Below are positions 37,747-44,817 of a DNA stretch of 64,000 nt, piece after piece (within the stretch, counting starts at the first letter, position 1; every line of letters begins with the position of its first letter). A program made the position numbers and the translations under genes. The notes beneath the pieces were generated by a model. The model was not told the DNA's origin. It worked only from the letters and a program-made list of their open reading frames with translations, and made no database searches. The stretch is from Chloroflexota bacterium (lineage in GTDB: Bacteria; Chloroflexota; Dormibacteria; CF-121), in NCBI GenBank assembly GCA_005881215.1, contig VBDZ01000008.1, forward strand, positions 2,275 to 66,274, read 5' to 3'.

Positions 37747-38400
37747 TCAGGGACACGTCGATTGTCCCGGCAATGTAACGGCGAGTGCCGGCAAAGTTTG
37801 CGCCCTGGCGAGAACCACAAAAGCCCCGATCGAGCCGCCTGCCCGGGCCACCGCTTCGGCGGCCGCCGTCAGGGTGGCGCCCGTGGTGCAGACGTCATCG
37901 ACCAGCGCCAGGCCCCTCGGCGGCGGCGCGGTGGCCGCCCACTCGAAGGCGCCCAGCATGTTGACCTGCCGCTCGGGCTGGCTCAGCCCCACCTGGGCGG
38001 GTGTGGGGCGAAGCCGGGTGAGTCCGCCGACCAGCGGGACAGCCAGCCGGCCGGCCAGGGCGCGGGCGAGCCGCTCCGCCTGGTTGAAGCCCCGCTCGCG
38101 CCGTCGCTGGGGATGGAGCGGGATGTAGGTGAGCGCGGCGAGCTCGAGGTTGCTGGCTGCCGTGGCACGCCAGAGCAGCTCGCCGAGCACGCTGGCGAGC
38201 CCCGGCCGCGGCCGGTACTTGTAGGTATGGATCGCCTGCTGCAGCGGGCCGTCGAGCCGGCCGGCCGCGACCAGCGGCATGCCGTTCAGGGTGGCCAGCG
38301 GCTGGGGCTGGACTCGGGCGGCGCACGCGTCGCACCAGGCCACGCCCTCACGGCCGCATCCGCCGCAGCGCGGCGGAAAGATCAGGTCGAGGAAATTCAC
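37747..38400 (-). CDS. comF: ComF family protein (phosphoribosyltransferase-like, ComFC type)
   Basis: 217 aa, GTG start. N-terminal Cys cluster PPRCGGCG...WCDACA and PRTase motif LVDDVCTTGATL. Confidence 0.85.
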   Translation of the reverse strand: MNFLDLIFPPRCGGCGREGVAWCDACAARVQPQPLATLNGMPLVAAGRLDGPLQQAIHTYKYRPRPGLASVLGELLWRATAASNLELAALTYIPLHPQRRRERGFNQAERLARALAGRLAVPLVGGLTRLRPTPAQVGLSQPERQVNMLGAFEWAATAPPPRGLALVDDVCTTGATLTAAAEAVARAGGSIGAFVVLARAQTLPALAVTLPGQSTCP

Positions 38401-38745
38401 CTAGGCCGCGACCTGCAGGTGGTCCCCGGGCTTGATCGCATGCCGGCGGATGGTGCCAACCGGCAGCTCGGCGCACTTGTCCGCCCGCCAAACGAAGGGC
38501 ACCATCCCGATCCACGGCAGCAGCCGCTCATAGGTCTTGACCACGACGTTCTTCTTGTCGACGAAGACGGCGTCGATCGGAAAGCGCATGAACATCATGT
38601 GAATGCCACTGCAGCCATGGATCAGCAGCCCACCGTTCTCGGGCAACCTTGCCCGTCCCATCAACCCCAGGCCGGAGCTGATGAAGTTGCGGGCCTCCTC
38701 GAGCGGCTCCGCGACCACCGTCCCGTCCGGTTTTGTCAGTCGCAA
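38401..38745 (-). CDS. DUF192 domain protein
   Basis: 114 aa, TTG start with a GGAGA RBS. GLMGR...GLLI...IHMMFMRFPIDAVFVD is typical of DUF192 (COG1430). Confidence 0.7.
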   Translation of the reverse strand: MRLTKPDGTVVAEPLEEARNFISSGLGLMGRARLPENGGLLIHGCSGIHMMFMRFPIDAVFVDKKNVVVKTYERLLPWIGMVPFVWRADKCAELPVGTIRRHAIKPGDHLQVAA

Positions 38746-38810
38746 AACTCTTTCTCCGTATTGATTGTATCGCGTTGAGCGGCCCGTGGGCCGCCGCCCT
38801 TGGCCCGGAT

Positions 38811-39737
38811 TTATTTGTGCTGGAAGGTGTGGATGATGATGATGACGGCCGGGCCCATCAGCACGATGAACAGGGTCGGGAAGATGCAGCCGATCATCGG
38901 GAAGAGCATCTTCAGCGGGGCCTGGGCGGCCTTCTCTTCCGCGCGCTGCCGGCGGCGGCGCCGCATCTCTTCCGATTGGATGCGCAGCACCTTGGCGATC
39001 CCGACGCCGAGCTGTTCGGATTGGATCAGCGCCTGGATGAAGGTGTGGAGCTCCTCGACGCCGGAACGGCGCCCCATGTCATCGAGGGCCTCCAGCCGCG
39101 GCCGGCCCAGCCGGATCTCGTTGAGCACCTGGGCAAACTCATCCGACAGCGCGTTCTTGAATTTTTCGACCAGGCGGCCGATGGCGGCATCGAAGCCGAG
39201 CCCGGCCTCAACCGAGATGGTCAGCAGGTCGAGCGCGTTCGGCAGCGCGAGCCGAAGCTCGGTCTGCCGTCCCTTGATCCGGTTGTTGAGCAGCACATCG
39301 GGGAGGAAACGGCCGCCCACAAACCCCAGGCCGGCGGCGGCCAGCTTGAGCGCAAACGTGGTCGGAAACACCAAGCCACCAAACCAGAAGGCGACCAGGG
39401 CGACGACCAGCCCGGCGATCACCTTGAACACCTCGAAGCCGTTGACCGTGAGGCCGTATGGCCGGCCCGCCAGGTTCAGCTTGTTCTGGACCACCAATTG
39501 CCGGTTCTTCGCCATCCGGGCGGTGAGCAAGCTGCCCAGCCGCTCCAGCGCCGGCTTGATGAACCGCTCGCTGAACGGTAGAGAGAGCTCGATCTCGTCG
39601 AGGGTGAGGTTGTGATCGCGGTACTGCGCCAGCCGTTCGGCGATCAGGTCCTGGCGCGGCTTGGCGGTCACCGCCTGAACGGCGATGAAGATACCGCTGA
39701 AGGCGAGGAAGGCGAAGACGATGGTGAAAATGCTCAT
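38811..39737 (-). CDS. tadC: Tad pilus platform protein TadC (T2SS F-domain)
   Basis: 308 aa. N-terminal TM, a cytoplasmic T2SSF domain and C-terminal TMs. Confidence 0.85.
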   Translation of the reverse strand: MSIFTIVFAFLAFSGIFIAVQAVTAKPRQDLIAERLAQYRDHNLTLDEIELSLPFSERFIKPALERLGSLLTARMAKNRQLVVQNKLNLAGRPYGLTVNGFEVFKVIAGLVVALVAFWFGGLVFPTTFALKLAAAGLGFVGGRFLPDVLLNNRIKGRQTELRLALPNALDLLTISVEAGLGFDAAIGRLVEKFKNALSDEFAQVLNEIRLGRPRLEALDDMGRRSGVEELHTFIQALIQSEQLGVGIAKVLRIQSEEMRRRRRQRAEEKAAQAPLKMLFPMIGCIFPTLFIVLMGPAVIIIIHTFQHK

Positions 39738-39740
39738 TCG

Positions 39741-40694
39741 CTACACCTGGATGTTCGTGATTTTCGAGATGATGCCGTATCCGATCGCGATCGAGACCAG
39801 GCCCATGCCGATCAGGATGTAGCCAAGCCATTCGTGAAAGAGCGGTGTGATGTAGCTCGGCGAAATGAAGGTCAGGATGAGGGCCAGCGCAAAGGGCAGG
39901 CCGGTGATGATGTACCCGGAGGCCCGCGCTTGCGCGGTCAGGGTGCGGATTTCACCCTGGATCCGGATGCGCTCGCGAATGGTGAAGGCGATCGTGTCGA
40001 GGATTTCCGCCAGGTTGCCACCGACCACCCGGTGGATCTGCACGGCGGTGACCATCAGGTCGAAGTCTTCGCTCTCGATCCGCTTGACCATGTGGGCCAG
40101 CGAGTCGTCAACCGAAACGCCCAGGTTCATTTCCCGCACCGCCCGGCTGAACTCGTCGGCCATCGGGGGCGACGAGCTCTTGGCGATGGTTGCCATCGCC
40201 TGGGCGAAGGAGTAACCGGCCTTCAGCGCGTTGGAGAGCAGGACGATGGTGTCGCCCAGCTGGTTGTTGAACGCCTTCAGCCGGCGCCGCTGCCGGAACT
40301 TGAGGAAGAAGCCCGGGGCAAAGTAGCCGACCGGTATCCCGATCAGCGCCAGCAGCGGGTTATGGAAGCGCAAGAAGAGAATCGCCATCAGGAGCACGAT
40401 CAGGCCGACGATCAGCATCACGTACTCCGAGACGCGGAGCTTGAGGTCGGCCTTGGCCAGCTCCTCCGTCAGCCTCGAGGTACGCCCGCCCTTGTTACGC
40501 GTCAGGCTCTTGTTGAATCCCTCCAGGAAGCCTTCGAAGACACCGCCCTTCTTGGCGGTCGGGCTGGCGGCCGGGTTGTAGCCGTCCATGTGCAGGTCGA
40601 CCTCGGTCGCCGAGTTCCGGTTGGACATGAGCGCCATCACCACGATCAGCGCCCCGATGGCGGCCATCGCCGCGAAGATCAGCTGGATCGACAC
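39741..40694 (-). CDS. tadB: Tad pilus platform protein TadB (T2SS F-domain)
   Basis: 317 aa. GTG start abutting the cpaF stop. T2SSF domain (LSNALKAGYSFAQAM). Confidence 0.85.
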   Translation of the reverse strand: MSIQLIFAAMAAIGALIVVMALMSNRNSATEVDLHMDGYNPAASPTAKKGGVFEGFLEGFNKSLTRNKGGRTSRLTEELAKADLKLRVSEYVMLIVGLIVLLMAILFLRFHNPLLALIGIPVGYFAPGFFLKFRQRRRLKAFNNQLGDTIVLLSNALKAGYSFAQAMATIAKSSSPPMADEFSRAVREMNLGVSVDDSLAHMVKRIESEDFDLMVTAVQIHRVVGGNLAEILDTIAFTIRERIRIQGEIRTLTAQARASGYIITGLPFALALILTFISPSYITPLFHEWLGYILIGMGLVSIAIGYGIISKITNIQV

Positions 40695-42116
40695 TTACTT
40701 GCCTCCTTTTCCGGCAGGATCCGGCACCGGCGTGAACAATTCCTTGGCCACGCCCTCGCCCGACGACTGCAGATGGTCGAAATACTTGGGCATGATGCCG
40801 GTGGCCGTGAAGTAGCCCTGCACCTTACCGTCTTCGCTGACGCCGGTCTGCTTGAACACGAAAATGTCCTGCACCTTTACCTGGTCGCCGTGCAGACCGA
40901 GCACCTCGCTGACGGCGATGATCTTTCGCGTTCCGTCCCGCAAGCGGCTCTGCTGCACGATGACGTTTATGGCGGACGAGATCTGCTCCCGGATCGCCCG
41001 GGAGGGCAGTTCTGCCCCCGCCATCAACACCAACGTTTCCAGGCGGTTCAAACTGTCACGCGGCGAGTTCGCGTGGATAGTCGTCAACGAACCGTCATGA
41101 CCCGTATTCATCGCCTGCAGCATGTCCAGTGCCTCGCCGCCGCGGCACTCCCCGACCACGATTCGATCTGGCCGCATCCGCAGCGCGTTGACCACCAGGT
41201 CCCGGATCGCGATCCGGCCGCGGCCCTCGACGGTGGCGGGTCGTGACTCAAGTGTTACAACGTGCTCCTGGTTCAGCTGGAGCTCCGCGGCATCCTCCAC
41301 CGTCACCACCCGCTCCTCTTCGGGGATGAAGCTGGACAGGACGTTGAGCGTGGTTGTCTTCCCGGAGCCCGTCCCGCCGGAGACCAGCATGTTCAGGCGC
41401 GACCGGACGCAGGCCCGCACAAATTGGGCCATGGGGTCCGTCAGGGTGCCGAACTTGATCAGGTCGTTGATCTTGTAGGGGTCCTTGGAGAACTTTCGGA
41501 TGGTCAGGATGGGCCCGTTGAGCGCCAGCGGCGGGATGATGACGTTGACGCGGGAGCCGTCCTTGAGCCGGGCGTCGACCATGGGCGAGCTCTCGTCGAT
41601 CCGCCGGCCGATGGTCGAGACGATCCGGTCGATCACCCGGCGAAGCTGGTCCTCGCTCTCGAACTGCACGTTGGAGAGCGTCAGCTTGCCCTTGTGCTCG
41701 ATGAAGATCTGGTCCGGCCCGTTGACCATGACCTCGGTGATGCTGGCGTCGGCGAGGAGTGCCTCGATCGGACCCAGCCCGAGGAAGTCGTTGAGGACCG
41801 AGTCGAGCAGGCGTTGTTTCTCCGGCTTGGTCAGCGAGAGTCCCATCTCGGCGACCACCACGTTCAGGGCCTCGGTGATCCGGGTCGCCCGCTGTTCCTT
41901 GTCCTCGTCCTCGGCGTCGTCGATATTCTCGACCAGGCGCGCCTGCAGCCGGTTCTTGACCCGTTCGGCCTGCTGCTCGAAGGGGGTTCGGACACGAGCG
42001 GCGGTGGAGCTCTGGCGGGCCGCCTGGCCGGCGCCGGCCTGCGGGACATAGGCGCCTTCGGGGGGTGCGTTGGGGTCGGGCGCTTGCTGCTTCTGGACGC
42101 GATCGAGCAGCGACAC
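40695..42116 (-). CDS. cpaF: Tad pilus secretion ATPase CpaF/TadA
   Basis: In ORF 40695..42185 (TTG). I prefer GTG 42116 (VSLLDRVQKQQ), which is preceded by GAGGTGG plus 7 nt. Walker A GGTGSGKTT, VVTVEDAAEL, AMNTGHDGS. Confidence 0.9.
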   Translation of the reverse strand: MSLLDRVQKQQAPDPNAPPEGAYVPQAGAGQAARQSSTAARVRTPFEQQAERVKNRLQARLVENIDDAEDEDKEQRATRITEALNVVVAEMGLSLTKPEKQRLLDSVLNDFLGLGPIEALLADASITEVMVNGPDQIFIEHKGKLTLSNVQFESEDQLRRVIDRIVSTIGRRIDESSPMVDARLKDGSRVNVIIPPLALNGPILTIRKFSKDPYKINDLIKFGTLTDPMAQFVRACVRSRLNMLVSGGTGSGKTTTLNVLSSFIPEEERVVTVEDAAELQLNQEHVVTLESRPATVEGRGRIAIRDLVVNALRMRPDRIVVGECRGGEALDMLQAMNTGHDGSLTTIHANSPRDSLNRLETLVLMAGAELPSRAIREQISSAINVIVQQSRLRDGTRKIIAVSEVLGLHGDQVKVQDIFVFKQTGVSEDGKVQGYFTATGIMPKYFDHLQSSGEGVAKELFTPVPDPAGKGGK

Positions 42117-42215
42117 GGCTACGCCACCTCTTCGTTCGTCACCGATAGCGACCTGCCAGCCACGGTACGTGGTACCAGTAGGCAAGCGACAACCGCGCGA
42201 GTCATCTCAACCTTC

Positions 42216-43484
42216 CTAACGGCGGGCGAACAGACCCTTGCGGGATTTCTTCTCGGCGGGCTCGGCCTCTGCCGCCGCCGGGGCCGTCGGGAGCAGCTTG
42301 GCGACCAGCTCTCGAATCCGCTGGCTGATCTCGGACTCCGGGTGGGTGGTCACGAACGGGTTGCCGCGGTTGATCGAGTTGATCACCAGCTTCGGGTCGT
42401 TGGGGATCTGGCCCGCGATCGGAAAGCGCAAGTTGGCCTCCACGCTCTCTTTGTTGAACTCCGAGTGGGCATCTGACTTGTTCAGCAGCAGCACCACCCG
42501 ATCGGGCGAGATGGACAGCGAGTCGAAGATCTTGAGCGCGAGCTTGGTGTTTTTGATCGCCGGGATACTGAGCGAGGTGACGACCACCACCTTGTCGGCG
42601 TGGTCCAGCACCTCCAGGTTGATCTCGCCCAGGTGCGCGCTGCTGTCGACGATGATGTAGTCGAACATCTTCCGCAGCTCGCCGAAGATGCGGCGAACGT
42701 GCTCCACGGTCACCAGGTCGGCCAGCTCCGGGCTGATCGGGGTGAGCAGCACCTTGATCCCGTAGGGCCCGTCCACCATGATCTCCCGGATGAATTCCGG
42801 GTCCATGTGGTCGATGTTTTCGATCAGGTCGGTGATCCCCTGGGAGTGGTCGAGGTTGAGCAGCACCCCGATGTCGCCGAATTGCAGGTCGAGATCGACC
42901 AGGGCGACCTTCCCCTTGGTTTCGTTGGCCATCGAGACCGCCAGGTTGGCCGCGATCAGCGACTTGCCGACGCCGCCTTTGCCGGAGTAGAAGAAAAAGA
43001 CCTGGCCATGCTCGGCGCGCCTGCCGGCCGGGGTCCCGCCGTCGGGCGGGGCGGCCGCCGCCACCGGGGTGCCGCCGGTGGTCTTGGCCAGGAAGGACTC
43101 TTTCTTCTGCTCCAGCTGATAAACCCGGCGGATGCTGGCGATCAGCTCGTCGCCGGAAAAGGGCTTGATCAGGAACTCGCGGGCGCCGGACTGCATCGCC
43201 CGCCGCAGGTAGTCACGCTCCCCCTGGACCGACATGATGATGACCGGGGAGCCCGGCACCTCCTGGGCGAGCGTCTCGGTCGCCTGGATGCCGTCCATGA
43301 TCGGCATGTTGACGTCCATCAGGACGATGTCCGGGGCCAGCTTCTTGGCCTGCTCCACTCCTTCCTTGCCGTTGACGGCGGTCGCCATCACCTGGATGTC
43401 GGGCTCGAAGGAGAGGAGCTTCTGGAGGTTGTCCAGGGTGCTGGTGATGTCGTCAACGATCAGGACTTTGATTGGCTCGGTCAT
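42216..43484 (-). CDS. cpaE: Response-regulator receiver domain fused to CpaE/TadZ-type ParA/MinD ATPase
   Basis: 422 aa. REC domain with D11 D12, D57 (IVLMDVNMP), S85 and K107 (FLIKP). It is followed by a deviant Walker A, SGKGGVGKS. Confidence 0.88.
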   Translation of the reverse strand: MTEPIKVLIVDDITSTLDNLQKLLSFEPDIQVMATAVNGKEGVEQAKKLAPDIVLMDVNMPIMDGIQATETLAQEVPGSPVIIMSVQGERDYLRRAMQSGAREFLIKPFSGDELIASIRRVYQLEQKKESFLAKTTGGTPVAAAAPPDGGTPAGRRAEHGQVFFFYSGKGGVGKSLIAANLAVSMANETKGKVALVDLDLQFGDIGVLLNLDHSQGITDLIENIDHMDPEFIREIMVDGPYGIKVLLTPISPELADLVTVEHVRRIFGELRKMFDYIIVDSSAHLGEINLEVLDHADKVVVVTSLSIPAIKNTKLALKIFDSLSISPDRVVLLLNKSDAHSEFNKESVEANLRFPIAGQIPNDPKLVINSINRGNPFVTTHPESEISQRIRELVAKLLPTAPAAAEAEPAEKKSRKGLFARR

Positions 43485-43508
43485 CCAGTCATCTCGTTAA
43501 AGACAGCA

Positions 43509-43536
43509 CCCCGCGAAATCTTCCGATTTCGCGGGG
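43509..43536 (-). other. Perfect 11-bp intercistronic hairpin between cpaB and REC-cpaE
   Basis: ccccgcgaaat (43509-43519), loop cttccg, atttcgcgggg (43526-43536). It lies 29 nt after the cpaB stop and 24 nt before the cpaE ATG. Confidence 0.6.
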
Positions 43537-43565
43537 AGCCTGTCAACGTTTTTCTGTGGTCGGGT

Positions 43566-44309
43566 CTAGCGCAGGCTGTAGGTCCTGCTAAAGCTGTCCC
43601 CGGTCGTCGACGAGGTGTCACTATCGACGTGGTCGTAGTCGTCCACCGCTTTGAGGACGTATTTGTAGTTCGTGTTGTCCAGCAACCACTTGAGGTCCTG
43701 CGCCTGCTGGAGCGTGACGATCACGGTTAGGCTGGACGAGATGCCACGGGCATTCGGTCCGCCGGCCGGTCCAACCCGGATGATGTGCAGGTTGGTGAAG
43801 GTCACCTTGGTCAGGGACTTCCCATTGACGGTGGAGGTCACGAGAACGTCAATCCGGTCGTCCGGCTGGATGTAACCGCCGGCGCCGACCAGCTCTCCGG
43901 TCGGGATCTGCATCGCGACCTGGCCCGGTGGGATCTTCAGGAACGCCTGCTTGGCGGGCACCACGCTGCCCGCGTCGCTCACGATGTCGGTGTCGATAAC
44001 CGCCGCGTTGGCATGGATCGGAATCGCCGCGTACTTCCCGATGACGAGATTCTTGTCCCGGAACGCGAAGGGCGGCACGGTGTCCTCCGAGAACTTCTGA
44101 ATGGTCACCAGGGCCGCCGTGATCTGCGTCGATGCCGCGATCTCCTGGGTGGCCACCACGACGTCCGTGTTCTTCGCCCCTCCGCCGATCGCTGTCGTGC
44201 CACCCGAGGTGCGGCCAACGAGCAAGGCCCCTCCGAACGCCACGATGGCGAGGAAAACACCGAAGATCAAGAGGATGCGGTTGCTCTTCGGCTTTACCTC
44301 AGTCGCCAA
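43566..44309 (-). CDS. cpaB: Flp pilus assembly protein CpaB/RcpC
   Basis: 247 aa, TTG start with a GGAGGTG RBS. N-terminal TM, a SAF-like segment (VVVATQEIAASTQI) and an RcpC-type domain (PGQVAMQIPTGELVGAGGYIQPDDRIDVLV). Confidence 0.85.
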   Translation of the reverse strand: MATEVKPKSNRILLIFGVFLAIVAFGGALLVGRTSGGTTAIGGGAKNTDVVVATQEIAASTQITAALVTIQKFSEDTVPPFAFRDKNLVIGKYAAIPIHANAAVIDTDIVSDAGSVVPAKQAFLKIPPGQVAMQIPTGELVGAGGYIQPDDRIDVLVTSTVNGKSLTKVTFTNLHIIRVGPAGGPNARGISSSLTVIVTLQQAQDLKWLLDNTNYKYVLKAVDDYDHVDSDTSSTTGDSFSRTYSLR

Positions 44310-44403
44310 TCAACTCACCTCCTGAAATTCGGCGCCAGCGCCCAAAGCGAGACGCTCTTTCGGCTGATGTATCTAGAAAGGCACGCGCTTCCTTGCGCAC
44401 TGG

Positions 44404-44435
44404 AAAAAGAAGAGAGCGGGCCGTTGCCCGCTCTC
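44404..44435 (-). terminator. Rho-independent terminator/attenuator downstream of flp
   Basis: The minus strand reads GAGAGCGGGC-AACG-GCCCGCTCTC (10-bp perfect stem, 44435-44412) followed by TTCTTTTT (44411-44404). It starts 26 nt after the flp stop. Confidence 0.85.
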
Positions 44436-44460
44436 CTGTTTTGCTCCCAGAAGGTGTCCC

Positions 44461-44640
44461 TTACTGGCCGAGACCGCCCGAGATGTTGCAGAAGACGTTC
44501 TTGACCTGGTTGCCGAGCACGATCAGGACGACGATGACGACCACCGCGATCAAGACGAGAATGAGGGCGTACTCAACCATACCCTGCCCTTCCTCACGGT
44601 TGAGCAGTTCGCGGAGGCGCAGATAAAGGTTGGTCAACAT
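44461..44640 (-). CDS. flp: Flp family type IVb pilin (59 aa; below the ORF-track cutoff)
   Basis: Hand translation gives MLTNLYLRLRELLNREEGQG/MVEYALILVLIAVVVIVVLIVLGNQVKNVFCNISGGLGQ. It has the Flp motif G/xVEYALI. An AGGAGG RBS lies 8 nt upstream, and a strong terminator lies downstream. Confidence 0.9.
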   Translation of the reverse strand: MLTNLYLRLRELLNREEGQGMVEYALILVLIAVVVIVVLIVLGNQVKNVFCNISGGLGQ

Positions 44641-44817
44641 GCTAATTCACCTCCTTTGCGAGTAGATCGAACGGCCCCAGTTTCACACCGGCCCGAATTG
44701 AAGACAACGGACAGCCCGCCAAAGAACGGCGAAGATGTTTTGACGCCTTCGTAACAGCCGTCACTGTCTTACAGCGATCGTTACGAGTGGGCAGCAAAGC
44801 GCCGCGGACCCGAGCGG

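Noticed and set aside
42119-42205. 28-codon ORF (MTRAVVACLLVPRTVAGRSLSVTNEEVA) in the cpaE-cpaF spacer
   Set aside because: It has a plausible GAAGG RBS. Otherwise there is no family resemblance, it is too short to evaluate, and its sequence may exist only because it carries the cpaF RBS. It is left unannotated.
44641-44817. Candidate flp promoter/operator (inverted repeat CGTAAC-N24-GTTACG and repeated GCTGT motifs on the minus strand)
   Set aside because: I could not find a convincing -35/-10 pair or a strong palindrome. The repeats are short enough to be chance.
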